A stretch of 64,000 nt of DNA from Thermoplasmata archaeon (GTDB lineage Archaea; Thermoplasmatota; Thermoplasmata; Lutacidiplasmatales; UBA184): NCBI GenBank assembly GCA_036404475.1, contig DASWZL010000107.1:2066-66065 (forward strand). The letters are read 5' to 3'. This document shows positions 7,448 through 17,281 of this stretch, one piece after another. The position numbers and the translations under genes were made by a program. Numbering within the stretch: position 1 is the stretch's first letter; the number at the start of each line of letters is the position of its first letter. Below the pieces are notes generated by a model that was not told where the DNA came from, searched no databases, and saw only the letters and a program-made list of their open reading frames with translations.

Positions 7448-10132
7448 CTACTTCGCGAATCGGTGCGCCATGACGTACGGAAGGACTCCGCCGGCCCGGT
7501 AGTACTCGAGCTCCGTTATCGAGTTCAACCGACACGTAACCGTGAACGCGCGAGCCGTGCCGTCCTCTGCCCGGGCGACGACCTCGACGGAGGCCCCGGG
7601 ACCGAGGGAAGTTCCGGTGGGAAGACGCAGCGTGAACGACTCCCGACCGGTCAGGCCGAGCTGTCTCCAGCCTTCGCCCGACCGGAACGCGAGGGGGAGA
7701 ACCCCCATCTCGATCAGGTTCGCACGGTGGATCCTCTCGTAGCTCTCGGCGATCACGGCCCCGACTCCGAGCAGCCGCGGGCCCTTGGCCGCCCAGTCGC
7801 GCGAGCTTCCCTGGCCGTAGCTCTTGCCCGCCAGGACGATCAGGGGGGTCTTCTCGGCTCGGTACCGCTCGGACGCCTCGAAGATGGGCGACGCTTCGCC
7901 CGATGGGACGTGGACGGTGTACCCTCCTTCCTTCCCTCCGGCGAGCTGGTTCTTGAGGCGCACGTTCGCGAAGGTGCCCCGTACCATGACCTCGTGATGG
8001 CCCCGTCGGGCGCCGTACGTGTTGAACTCTCGGACCGCGACCCCGTGGGCGAGAAGGTACCTCCCGGCGGCGGAATCCTCGGGGATCTCTCCCGCGGGCG
8101 AGATGTGATCGGTCGAGACCCGGTCGCCGAGGAGGACGAGCGCTCGCGCCCCCTCGACGAGGACCCCGTCCTTCGGGAGCCACGGCGCGGGAAGGTCAAG
8201 GTAGGGAGCCACCGCGAGGTACGTGGAGTCGGGGGACCATCCGTACTGAGCGCCCGTGGGTGGGTCGAGGGACTCCCAGCGATGGTCCCCTAGCTCGATG
8301 TGGCGGTACTTCTCCGTGAACAAGGACGGGTCGAGGTGGGCCTCGACGATCCGCCGCACCTCGTCCGCGGCCGGCCACAGGTCGCGCAGGTAGACGGGCG
8401 AGCCGTCCGGTGTCCGTCCGAGGGGCTCGCGCGTGAGGTCGAGGTCGACCCTTCCCGCGAGAGCGTAGGCGACCACCAGCATTGGGGAGGCGAGGTAGTT
8501 CGCGCGGACCTCGTTGTGGACCCGCGCCTCGAAGTTCCGGTTGCCGCTCAGGACGGCCGCGACGAAGAGGTCGCGTTCGCGGACCTGCTGGCTCACCGGC
8601 GCGGGGAGCGGTCCCGAGTTGCCGATGCACGTGGTGCACCCGTACCCGACCACCTCGAAGCCCAGTCGGTTGAGGTACGGGAGAAGACCCGAGCGCTCGA
8701 GATAGGCCGTCACGACCTTCGACCCCGGCGCGAGGGACGTCTTGACGTGGGGCGGGACCTTTAGACCGAGCTCGGAGGCGCGCTTCGCGATCAACCCGGC
8801 GCCCACCATCACGCTTGGGTTCGAGGTGTTCGTGCAGCTCGTGATGGCCGCGATGACCACCGACCCATCCTCGACCGGTGGGGAAGGCGAGCCGCCGGCC
8901 GATGCCGGAAGGTGAGGATGTCCCTTCCGGTAGGAATCGAGCGCGGCCCGGAAGGAGGTCGGTGCGTCGCCGAGCGCGACGCCCTCCTCCGGGTTCCTCG
9001 GTCCGGAGACCATCGGGACGATCGAACCGAGGTCGATCGCGAGGACGTCGTCGTAGTCCACCGACCCCGGCGCCGGAGAGCCCCACAGCCCCTGGGCCCG
9101 CGCGTACGCCTCGACCCGGGCGACGAGGTCTGGGCTCCGGCCCGTGCCGCGAAGGTAGGCGACCGTCGCCTCATCGATCGGGAACAGCGCGGCAGTCGCT
9201 CCGTACTCCGGGCACATGTTCGAGACGGTCGCCCGGTCGGGAACGGAGAGATGACCGACGCCCGGTCCGAAGAACTCCACGAACTTGTCCACGACCCCCT
9301 TCTCCCTCAGACGGCGCGTGACGGTCAGGACGAGGTCGGTCGCCGTGGCGCCCTCGGGGAGCGAACCCGTCAGCTCCACGCCCACCACCACCGGTGGGGC
9401 GAGGAAGTAGGGTTCTCCGAGCATCACGGCCTCGGCCTCGATCCCGCCGACCCCCCAACCGAGGACCGATACTCCGTTCACCATGGTCGTGTGGGAATCG
9501 GTCCCGATGAGGGTGTCCGGGAACGCGACCCGGCTCCCGTTCGACCCGCGGGTCTCCACTACGGTCGAGAGGTGCTCGAGGTTGACCTGGTGGCAGATCC
9601 CGTTCCCCGGAGGGACGATGCGTACGTTTGTGTACGCGCCCTTGGCCCAGCGGAGGAAGCGGTACCGCTCTCGGTTGCGTTCGTACTCCCGGTCGAGGTT
9701 GATCCCGAGCGAGCGTGTCGAGCCGAAGCTGTCGACCTGGACCGAGTGGTCGATGATGAGGTCGACCGGGACGACCGGGTTCACCCGGGCCGGGTCCACT
9801 CCCCGGCGCGCGGCCGCGCTGCGGAGGGTGGAGAGGTCGACGATCACTGGAACGCCGGTGAAATCCTGGAGGAGGACCCGTTCGGGGTAGTACGCATACT
9901 CGGTCCCCTCCGCGATCTCCTCGCCGTTCGCGAGGGCCACGAGAATCTTCGGGTCCGTCACGCGCGCGTCGAAGTGCCGGAGGACGTTCTCGAGGAGGAC
10001 ACGGGTCGTCCTTGGGCGGCGGGAGAGCCGGTCCGGGTCGACCCCCTCGAGGCGGTCCGCGCGGTAGATCGTGGCGCGCTCGGATCCCCAGGTCAGCGAG
10101 TCGGTCACTCGAAGCGGGTCGGACGAGCCCAT
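7448..10132 (-). CDS. acnA: aconitate hydratase
   Basis: 894 aa. Fe-S ligand regions IGTDSHTTM, ITSCTNTSNP and CTTCIGNSG, with full-length aconitase A/IRP architecture. Confidence 0.95.
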   Translation of the reverse strand: MGSSDPLRVTDSLTWGSERATIYRADRLEGVDPDRLSRRPRTTRVLLENVLRHFDARVTDPKILVALANGEEIAEGTEYAYYPERVLLQDFTGVPVIVDLSTLRSAAARRGVDPARVNPVVPVDLIIDHSVQVDSFGSTRSLGINLDREYERNRERYRFLRWAKGAYTNVRIVPPGNGICHQVNLEHLSTVVETRGSNGSRVAFPDTLIGTDSHTTMVNGVSVLGWGVGGIEAEAVMLGEPYFLAPPVVVGVELTGSLPEGATATDLVLTVTRRLREKGVVDKFVEFFGPGVGHLSVPDRATVSNMCPEYGATAALFPIDEATVAYLRGTGRSPDLVARVEAYARAQGLWGSPAPGSVDYDDVLAIDLGSIVPMVSGPRNPEEGVALGDAPTSFRAALDSYRKGHPHLPASAGGSPSPPVEDGSVVIAAITSCTNTSNPSVMVGAGLIAKRASELGLKVPPHVKTSLAPGSKVVTAYLERSGLLPYLNRLGFEVVGYGCTTCIGNSGPLPAPVSQQVRERDLFVAAVLSGNRNFEARVHNEVRANYLASPMLVVAYALAGRVDLDLTREPLGRTPDGSPVYLRDLWPAADEVRRIVEAHLDPSLFTEKYRHIELGDHRWESLDPPTGAQYGWSPDSTYLAVAPYLDLPAPWLPKDGVLVEGARALVLLGDRVSTDHISPAGEIPEDSAAGRYLLAHGVAVREFNTYGARRGHHEVMVRGTFANVRLKNQLAGGKEGGYTVHVPSGEASPIFEASERYRAEKTPLIVLAGKSYGQGSSRDWAAKGPRLLGVGAVIAESYERIHRANLIEMGVLPLAFRSGEGWRQLGLTGRESFTLRLPTGTSLGPGASVEVVARAEDGTARAFTVTCRLNSITELEYYRAGGVLPYVMAHRFAK

Positions 10133-10178
10133 GACGGGGCAGGAGGCAGGGGTTTTTGGGCTCTTTGGCCGGGTCGGG

Positions 10179-11144
10179 CTAGTCCGGAGCCAAGGGGACC
10201 GAACGCTCCCAGCCCAGCCGCACGTGGGCTCCCGGAAGGGGAACGGCGGCCGGCGTCCTCATCTCGAGTCGCTGGCCGTCGTCGGTCCGCAGGACCACCT
10301 GGTTCTCCCGGCCGACGGGGCCGGCGACGAGGACGGTGGCGCCGAGACCGTCGGCACCGGGAGGGAGGAGCCGCAGGTCGGTCGGCAGGACCCCGGCGGG
10401 ACCCCCCGGCCCCGCCAGGACGTTGTACCCCAGGAACCGGGCGGCCCGGACCGTTCCCGGGTTCCCGAACACGTCGGACGGTCGACCGAACGCGTGAAGC
10501 CCCCCGTCGAAAAGCAGCCCGACCCGGTCCCCGAGGAACAGTCCCTCCTCCCGGTCGTGCGTGACATGGATCGCGGAGGTACCGGACGCGCGGAGGACCT
10601 GACGGAACTCCGAGCGGAGCTCGGCCTTGAGCTCGACATCGATCGAGGCGAACGGCTCGTCGAGGAGGACGAGGCGGGGACGAGCGGCGAGTGTGCGCGC
10701 GAGGGCGACCCGCTGGAGCTCTCCGCCCGAGAGCTGGTCCGGCCGCCGGTCCTCGAACCCGGAGAGGTGGAGGAGGTCGACGAGGCGCCCGACCTCTTCC
10801 TTCACCTCGGCGGCCGGCCGACGCTTCAGGAGGGGGGCGTAGGCGATGTTCTCGTAGACCGACCGGTGGGGGAACAGCGCCGGGTCCTGGAACATCAGGA
10901 CGATTCCCCTCTGGTGGGGGGGACGGCGCGTGACGTCGGCGCCGTCGAGGAGGATCGTCCCTTCCGTCGGGCGCTCGAGGCCGGCGAGGCAGCGCAGGAG
11001 CGTCGTCTTGCCGCACCCGTTCGGTCCGAGGAGGACGAGGAACTCGCCCTCGAGGAGGTTGAACGAGACGTCCCGGAAGACCGGCACCCCGTCCCATGCG
11101 GCGGAGAGGGCCCGGACCTCGAGGAGGGACCTAGAGCTCGACAC
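10179..11144 (-). CDS. ABC transporter ATP-binding protein (thiamine/iron-type importer, ThiQ/FbpC-like)
   Basis: Walker A GPNGCGKTT, signature LSGGELQR, Walker B LVLLDEP, and a C-terminal TOBE-like extension. Last gene of the riboswitch-controlled operon. Confidence 0.9.
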   Translation of the reverse strand: MSSSRSLLEVRALSAAWDGVPVFRDVSFNLLEGEFLVLLGPNGCGKTTLLRCLAGLERPTEGTILLDGADVTRRPPHQRGIVLMFQDPALFPHRSVYENIAYAPLLKRRPAAEVKEEVGRLVDLLHLSGFEDRRPDQLSGGELQRVALARTLAARPRLVLLDEPFASIDVELKAELRSEFRQVLRASGTSAIHVTHDREEGLFLGDRVGLLFDGGLHAFGRPSDVFGNPGTVRAARFLGYNVLAGPGGPAGVLPTDLRLLPPGADGLGATVLVAGPVGRENQVVLRTDDGQRLEMRTPAAVPLPGAHVRLGWERSVPLAPD

Positions 11145-12759
11145 GGCGACCTCCGACCGCGATCACGGCGAAGACGGCGAGGCTGAGCAGGAGGAGAAGA
11201 CCCGCCGCCGCATCCGCGACGGGGAAGAGCCGGACCTCGGAGAGCGCGTACAGCGCGACGGGCAGGGTCGTGAGCTGCGGAGGGACAAGGAAGTTCGTCG
11301 CGGTGAACTCACCGAGGCCGAAGGCGAAGGCGAACATCCCCACCGTCACGAGCCCGTCCTGGACTCGGGGAAGGTCGGCGTCCAAGAAGGCGCCGAAGGA
11401 GGTCGCCCCGAGCGTTCGAGCGGTGTCCCGAGCCGCCGCGGAGAGGCCCGCGAGCGGTATCTCCAGGCTCTGGAGGGCGAACGGGAGGGCCAGGATCGCT
11501 TGGCTCACGATCACGAGGGTCCAGACGTTCGAGCCGGTGCCGAGGAACGGGCGCCAGAAGGAGGAGAGGGCGAACGCCAGGACGACCGGCGACAGGAGGA
11601 GCGGGACGAACAGAAGGAGGCCGAGCGCCACGGCCCGGTCCGGTCGACGCACGACCGCGTACCCGCTCGCGACGCAGAGGAGAAGCGCGAGCAGCGCGGC
11701 GACTACGGCGAAGAAGAGCGTGTTCCCGATCGCCCCGAGCGCGGAGACCCCGAGGTGGGCCGTGGTCGAGGCGGAGAACAGCTCCGTCCACGCCGCGCCG
11801 GCGCCGAAGCTTCCGGTCGGCGCCACCGTCCGATAGAGGACGGCGGCGAGGAGCGCCGCCTCCGCGGCGAGAACGAGCGTGGTCTCGAGCGCCAATGCCC
11901 AGCTCGCGGGGGCCCGCCAATCGATCGGGCGGGGGCCGGCGGACCGACGCCCCGGGCTGGCCCTCAGGCGGCTCACCAGCGCGAGGTACACCGCGGTGGG
12001 GAGGAGCAAGAGGAGCACCATCGCGAGCGCGAGGACGGCGGCCGCGTTGGGCTCAAGGAAGGTCTGGTCGAGGGCATAGACCTGGGCTTCGAGCGTGTAG
12101 CAACGGGAGCTCGCCCCGCAGAGGAGCAGGGGGGGGGCGAAAGATAGGGCGGAGAAGAGGAACGTCAGAAGCCCTCCGGCCGCCGCGCCGACCCACGTCG
12201 GTCGCGCCCAGACCTCGCGGTACGCCCGGAGCGGCGGCCCCCCCAGGGTGGCGACCGTCTCCTCGAGCTCGACCGAGGCCCCCTCGCAGCCGGTCGCGGT
12301 GAGGAGGAGCACGATCGGGACGTTGAAGAAGAGATTCGCGGCGATGATCGCCGGGATCCCGCTGCCGAAGAAGGACGTGAAGGGAAGGGCGGTCGAGACG
12401 ACGCCCGAGGGGCCGAAGAGGTCGAGCACGCCGAGGACGACCACGAGGCTTGGCAGGAGGAACGGAACGAGGAGCAGGGAGCGGAGGAGCGACCGACCCC
12501 GGAACGAGTACCGACCCACGAACACCCCGGCGGGGTATCCCAACGCCACGGCGAGGGTGGCCGACAGCGCTCCCTGCTCGAGGGAGTTGTCGAGGGAGCG
12601 GAGGTTCCGCGTCGCCGAAAGGACCGAGACGAACCCGCTCGTCCCACCCACCTGGACGAGCGCGTTCGCGAAGAGGATGGCCACCGGGAGGAGCGCGAAG
12701 AGCGCGACGAACGCGACCACGGGAAGAAGGAAACCGACCCCTTCGCGTCCGACCTTCAT
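11131..12759 (-). CDS. ABC transporter permease, duplicated (two-domain) ThiP/FbpB-like
   Basis: About 540 aa with two repeated 6-TM permease modules. Start taken at ATG 12759 (MKVGREG), 3 nt after the SBP stop. Confidence 0.8.
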   Translation of the reverse strand: MKVGREGVGFLLPVVAFVALFALLPVAILFANALVQVGGTSGFVSVLSATRNLRSLDNSLEQGALSATLAVALGYPAGVFVGRYSFRGRSLLRSLLLVPFLLPSLVVVLGVLDLFGPSGVVSTALPFTSFFGSGIPAIIAANLFFNVPIVLLLTATGCEGASVELEETVATLGGPPLRAYREVWARPTWVGAAAGGLLTFLFSALSFAPPLLLCGASSRCYTLEAQVYALDQTFLEPNAAAVLALAMVLLLLLPTAVYLALVSRLRASPGRRSAGPRPIDWRAPASWALALETTLVLAAEAALLAAVLYRTVAPTGSFGAGAAWTELFSASTTAHLGVSALGAIGNTLFFAVVAALLALLLCVASGYAVVRRPDRAVALGLLLFVPLLLSPVVLAFALSSFWRPFLGTGSNVWTLVIVSQAILALPFALQSLEIPLAGLSAAARDTARTLGATSFGAFLDADLPRVQDGLVTVGMFAFAFGLGEFTATNFLVPPQLTTLPVALYALSEVRLFPVADAAAGLLLLLSLAVFAVIAVGGRRVEL

Positions 12760-12761
12760 CC

Positions 12762-13943
12762 TCAGCCCCCCGCGAGCGACTGCCACGTGTCGAGCCAGCC
12801 TCCGGAAGCCGTGAGGTTCGCGGCGACCGCCGACGGCGTGGTCGCGTTGTTCAGCGCCACGACCGTCGCCGGGTCGATCGCCGCGGAGAAGACCGCGGGA
12901 AGCGCCACCGTCTCGTTGGCCGGGTACTCCCACTCATTCTCGGGCAGGTAGGACTGGAAGGTGCCTCCCAGAATCCAGTCCTCGAGCGCTCGGGCGAGCG
13001 CGACGTGCCGGGAGCCCTGGACCACGCCCACCCCGTAGATGGTCCGCCAGCCGTACGCGATTCCGTTCCACCAAGAGACGGTCGAATTCAACGTTCCCGC
13101 CGCTCCGTTCGCGAGCGCGTACGCGGGGTCGGTGGCATAGCTGACGACGAGCTGGTTGTCGCCCGAGGGGGTCCCGAACTCCCCGAACGCGGTCGACCAA
13201 TCGGTGGCCGGGTTCGGATGGGTCTCCGAGAAGAACTTCTGCCAGAATCCCTGCCAGTTCTGGTGAAGCACGGTCTCGTAGTACTCGACCTGCCAGGCGA
13301 GGAACTCCTCGCCCGTGATGTCATAGAGGGGGTTCTCGGTGACGAGCTGAGCGGCCCAGCTCGAGTTGTCGACGAGCTCGGGCATCGTAGCGTGGGCCAC
13401 TGCGCCGGTCGTCTCGTTCAGGAATCCGGGAGTGTAGTCGACCGCGAGGAACCCGTACTCGTACGGCACGACCCCGTGATCCGGACTCAGCTCCGCGACG
13501 AGCCAGGGCGGGATCGTCGCGAGGTCGGGAGGGGAGTACGGAGCGAGCAGCCCCAGCGATTCCGCCTCCGGCCCCGTGATCTCGTCAAGGCCCACCACGA
13601 GGTCGGCGGCAGGGAGGCCGTAGCCCGCCGGGGATTCGAGGGCGCTCACAAGGTTCCCCGACGGACAGACGAGCTCGACGTGGACCCCGTGGGCCTGCTC
13701 GAACTCCCCCAGCAGCATCGAAAGGTTCGCCTGGCCGCAGTTGCCGCTAAAGAGCGCCGAATAGGTGTAGACCACGAGGGTGGTTCCGCCGGACGCCTGT
13801 GCGCTCGAGTAGTATTCGTAGGTCGCGAAGCCCGCCACCACGACGACCAAGGCGATGGCGACGGAGAGCAACGCCCGTCCGATCCGGCCGGGTCGGCGCA
13901 ACCGCCGGGGGCCCGGACCTAGGGGGGTCGGTGAGCTTGTCAC
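12762..13943 (-). CDS. ABC transporter substrate-binding protein (thiamine or thiamine-precursor binding inferred from the riboswitch)
   Basis: N-terminal membrane anchor [15 protein letters not shown] and a type-II periplasmic-binding-protein-like length. First gene downstream of a THI-box. GTG start. Confidence 0.75.
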   Translation of the reverse strand: MTSSPTPLGPGPRRLRRPGRIGRALLSVAIALVVVVAGFATYEYYSSAQASGGTTLVVYTYSALFSGNCGQANLSMLLGEFEQAHGVHVELVCPSGNLVSALESPAGYGLPAADLVVGLDEITGPEAESLGLLAPYSPPDLATIPPWLVAELSPDHGVVPYEYGFLAVDYTPGFLNETTGAVAHATMPELVDNSSWAAQLVTENPLYDITGEEFLAWQVEYYETVLHQNWQGFWQKFFSETHPNPATDWSTAFGEFGTPSGDNQLVVSYATDPAYALANGAAGTLNSTVSWWNGIAYGWRTIYGVGVVQGSRHVALARALEDWILGGTFQSYLPENEWEYPANETVALPAVFSAAIDPATVVALNNATTPSAVAANLTASGGWLDTWQSLAGG

Positions 13944-13979
13944 ATCCTCCGCGGGCCGGCGGAGAGTCGCCTCAAGTTT

Positions 13980-14070
13980 CGCATCGCGTTCCCTTCGCGG
14001 GCATTATCCCGTGCAGGTTCGTGGGGTCGACGAGGTTCCCCTCGTCCTCTCAGCCGGTGCCCAGCTCCCC
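13980..14070 (-). promoter_or_regulatory. TPP (THI-box) riboswitch aptamer
   Basis: The minus strand reads GGGCACCGGCUGAGAGGACGAGGGGAACCUCGUCGACCCCACGAACCUGCACGGGAUAAUGCCCGCGAAGGGAA. This contains the conserved CUGAGA, ACCC..GAACCUG and GGAUAAUGCC.GCG.AGGGA blocks and a perfect P3 hairpin GACGAGG-GGAA-CCUCGUC. Confidence 0.88.
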
Positions 14071-14111
14071 CTGCCGCCCGCAGCGAAGGCGTCGCTCCCA
14101 TTAAGATTTCG

Positions 14112-14137
14112 GGACGGCGGGGGCCGTCCGTATTATA
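14112..14137 (+). promoter_or_regulatory. candidate pdxS promoter: hairpin/IR GGACGGC-gggg-GCCGTCC abutting TATA-like TATTATA
   Basis: TATTATA at 14131-14137 lies 35-41 nt upstream of the pdxS ATG (14172). A 7-bp inverted repeat sits directly upstream. Confidence 0.4.
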
Positions 14138-14171
14138 CGCGCGTCGGTTCTTACTGGGACGGCATCAACGT

Positions 14172-15116
14172 ATGAGCGACCCCATCATGAAGCTCCAGTA
14201 CGGTTCGGAGCTGGTCAAGCGAGGCTTCGCCCGCATGCAACAGGGCGGAGTCATCATGGACGTGACCACGGCCGACCAGGCCGCCATCGCGGAGGAAGCG
14301 GGGGCGGTCGCGGTGATGGCGCTCGAGCGGGTTCCCGCCGACATCCGGGCGGACGGGGGGGTGGCCCGTATGGCCGACCCCGTCAAGATCCGGGAGATCA
14401 AGGAGCGCGTCTCGATCCCCGTCATGGCGAAGTGCCGGATCGGCCACACGGCCGAGGCCCGGATCCTCCAGTCGCTCGCCGTCGATATGATCGACGAATC
14501 CGAGGTCCTCACCCCCGCCGACCCGTTCCAGCACGTTGACAAGAAGGCGTTCAAGATCCCGTTCGTCTGCGGCGCCCGAAACCTCGGGGAGGCGCTCCGC
14601 CGGATCGAGGAAGGCGCGGCGATGATCCGAACGAAGGGCGAGGCGGGCACCGGCAACGTGGTGGAAGCGATCCGACACATTCGCCAGATGCGCTACGACG
14701 TGGCCGAGGTCCAGAAGCTCCCGAAGAAGAACGTCGGCGTCTGGGCGAAGAAGGAGCGGGTCTCGGAGTCGATCGTCAACGAGGTCCGAACGCTCGGGCG
14801 GCTGCCGGTCGTGAACTTCGCGGCCGGCGGGATCGCTACCCCGGCCGACGCCGCACTGTGCCGCCTCCTCGGGGTGGACGGGGTGTTCGTAGGAAGTGGG
14901 ATCTTCAAGGCCCAACACCCGATGAAGGTCGCCCGGGCCATAGTCGAGGCGTCCCTCCACTTCGAGGACGCCGACGTACTCGCGCGCGTCTCGTCGGGAC
15001 TTGGGGAGGCGATGAAGGGGTTGGAGATCGCCACCATCCCCGCCGATGCGCGGCTGCAGACGCGCGAGTCGGAGCCGATCTCGGTAAACTCCCGGCGCCC
15101 CTTCCCCGCGACCTGA
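14172..15116 (+). CDS. pdxS: pyridoxal 5'-phosphate synthase lyase subunit PdxS
   Basis: [35 protein letters not shown] and [10 protein letters not shown] are near-invariant PdxS/SNZ motifs. Confidence 0.95.
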   Translation: MSDPIMKLQYGSELVKRGFARMQQGGVIMDVTTADQAAIAEEAGAVAVMALERVPADIRADGGVARMADPVKIREIKERVSIPVMAKCRIGHTAEARILQSLAVDMIDESEVLTPADPFQHVDKKAFKIPFVCGARNLGEALRRIEEGAAMIRTKGEAGTGNVVEAIRHIRQMRYDVAEVQKLPKKNVGVWAKKERVSESIVNEVRTLGRLPVVNFAAGGIATPADAALCRLLGVDGVFVGSGIFKAQHPMKVARAIVEASLHFEDADVLARVSSGLGEAMKGLEIATIPADARLQTRESEPISVNSRRPFPAT

Positions 15117-15175
15117 CCGCGGCAGCGGGGCCCGCGGCGATGGCCGTAAAGGGGGGGTCGCAGTAGGGCGACCCC

Positions 15176-16309
15176 GTGCGGATCGTCCAGGTCTCGCCGT
15201 TCTTCCACCCCCATGCCGGGGGCGTGGAGTCGCACGTCCGCGGGATCGTGCGCGAACTCGCCCGCCAGGGTCACGAGGTCACGATCGTCACCTCGCGCTA
15301 CGACCGCCACCTCCCGGCCGAGGAGGAGACCGAAGGCTATCGTATCCTCCGAACGCGGACCCTGGGGGTCCTCCTCGACACCCCCCTCGATGTCGGCACT
15401 CGCCGCACGATTCGCGCTCTCGCGCCGGACGTGTTCCACCTGCACTACCCTCCTCCCTTGACCTCCTACTTCGCGACCCGGGAGCTCTCCCGTAGGAAGA
15501 TCCCGGTCTGTCTCACCTACCACTGCGACCTCTACCTCCCCAGCGCCGCGGGGAGGTTGCTCGCGGGCCTCTACCAGACGGTGTTCCTGCCCTCGACCCT
15601 CGACCGCACGGACCGGATCGTCGTCCATACGAAGAGCTACGGCAGCACCTCCGCGATGCTGCGAGGACGGGAGCTCACCGTGATCCCGTCGGCGGTGGAC
15701 CTCGCCCGATTCCGGCCGGACCTCGATGCCAGCGGCCTGCGGGCGGACCTTCACCTCGAGGGAAAGCGGGTCGCGGTCTTCACCGGCCGACTCGTTCCGC
15801 ACAAAGGGGTGGACGTCATCCTGGAGGCCCTCGCCCTGCTACCCCGCGACGTGGTGCTCGTCGTGATCGGGGCCGGACCTCGTCTCCCGAGCCTGGTCGG
15901 GCTCGCCCGGAGGCTCGGCGTGTCCGACCGCGTCCGGTTCTGCCCCGCGGTCTCCGACGAAGAGCTCCCCCGCTTCCTGGCGCTCGGCGACGTGTTCGTC
16001 TTCCCTTCTCAGAACCGCCTCGAAGGGTTCGGCCTCGCGGTGGCCGAGGCGATGGCGGCGGGACTGCCGGTCGTGGTCGCCGACATGCCCGGCGTGCGGG
16101 AGGTCATCGAGCCCGGGCGCGAAGGTCTCCTCGCGGAGCCCCTCATCGCGAGCGACTTCGCCGAAAAGGTCCGGACCATCCTGGACGACCCGTCGCTCGC
16201 GAAGCGGATGGGCCGCGCGGGCCGGGACCGGGCCGAGGCCCGCTACGGCCTGCCAATCGTCGCTCGCTCGCTCCTCAGCCTGTACGAAGGCCTGCGCGCA
16301 GCTGGTTGA
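15176..16309 (+). CDS. GT4-family glycosyltransferase
   Basis: N-terminal MRIVQVSPFFHPHAGGVE and a C-terminal EGFGLAVAEAMAAGLPVV (E-x7-E type) motif. GTG start. Confidence 0.85.
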   Translation: MRIVQVSPFFHPHAGGVESHVRGIVRELARQGHEVTIVTSRYDRHLPAEEETEGYRILRTRTLGVLLDTPLDVGTRRTIRALAPDVFHLHYPPPLTSYFATRELSRRKIPVCLTYHCDLYLPSAAGRLLAGLYQTVFLPSTLDRTDRIVVHTKSYGSTSAMLRGRELTVIPSAVDLARFRPDLDASGLRADLHLEGKRVAVFTGRLVPHKGVDVILEALALLPRDVVLVVIGAGPRLPSLVGLARRLGVSDRVRFCPAVSDEELPRFLALGDVFVFPSQNRLEGFGLAVAEAMAAGLPVVVADMPGVREVIEPGREGLLAEPLIASDFAEKVRTILDDPSLAKRMGRAGRDRAEARYGLPIVARSLLSLYEGLRAAG

Positions 16310-17117
16310 TCTGGACTTTCAGGCGCTCGGCCTCCGCGCCCGCCGCCTTCCTCCAATCGGGGCCGGCTGAGGCATACAGGATGCTGCGGGAGGCGTTCAC
16401 GAGGAGGGCGCGTCCGTGGGCATCGACCCCCTCGCGAACGGCGGTGGCGAGAGAGCCGCCCTGCGCCCCGACCCCCGGGACGAGGATGGGAATCCCGTTG
16501 CCCAGGGTGGCACGGGCGGCGTGGAACGCGTCCGAGAACGTCGCACCGAGGATCACTCCCACGTTTCCGTGAGCGTGGGCGAGCCGGCGAACCTCCCCGA
16601 CCACCGCGAGCCAGAGAGGTCCTCGAGGGGTGGGGATCTCCTGGAAATCGAGCGAGCCGGGATTGGAGGAGTGGGCGACGACGAACACGCCGTGGGCCGG
16701 GTCGTCCAGGAACGGTTGGAGCGTCTCCCAGCCGAGCCACGGGGTGAACGTGAGCGCGTCGAAGCCGAACTGCCGGAACACTCCGTCCCGCACCATCCTC
16801 ACGGTGTTCGGGATGTCGTTTACCTTGAGGTCGAGGATCCGGAGCCGGGTCGGCCCGATCTTGCGGCAGAGGCGAGAGAGGACCTCGATCCCGGGCGCGC
16901 CGTACTGGAGGTAGGCGCCGAGCTGCATCTTGTAGGCGGCGACATGCGGGTAGGTCGCCCCGATCACGCCGTCCAGGAACCGGGCGATCTGCTCCCGCGG
17001 CGGGAGGCGACGCAGGGCCTGCGGCATCAACGCCGGGTCCGGGTCGAGGCCGACGCAGACGAGCGAGTTCCTCGCGACCAGAATCCGGTCGAGCCGCTGG
17101 GAGAACTTCGGCACCAC
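16275..17117 (-). CDS. pyrF: orotidine 5'-phosphate decarboxylase (type 2)
   Basis: LVCVGLDPDP substrate-binding start, a DLKVNDIPNT-type Asp-x-Lys-x-x-Asp motif, and 280 aa length typical of long-form PyrF. Confidence 0.85.
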   Translation of the reverse strand: MVPKFSQRLDRILVARNSLVCVGLDPDPALMPQALRRLPPREQIARFLDGVIGATYPHVAAYKMQLGAYLQYGAPGIEVLSRLCRKIGPTRLRILDLKVNDIPNTVRMVRDGVFRQFGFDALTFTPWLGWETLQPFLDDPAHGVFVVAHSSNPGSLDFQEIPTPRGPLWLAVVGEVRRLAHAHGNVGVILGATFSDAFHAARATLGNGIPILVPGVGAQGGSLATAVREGVDAHGRALLVNASRSILYASAGPDWRKAAGAEAERLKVQINQLRAGLRTG

Positions 17118-17281
17118 GACGCGCGAGTCAAGGTCCTCGGGGGAAAAGGATTATGACCGGGGAACGCGCCCGCCCGCGCCCCCTCGGGGAGGCCGCTCTC
17201 GCCGGAACGCGCCGTTCACCATCCGTGGGCGGCGGGGCGCTTTTATGACCGGGCGAGGTGGCCGACCGTGCGTTCTCTCCT

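Noticed and set aside
12129-12137. G9 homopolymer inside the ABC permease gene as a possible frameshift or phase-variation site
   Set aside because: The permease frame is continuous across it (reads APPLLL on the minus strand) and both permease modules are intact.
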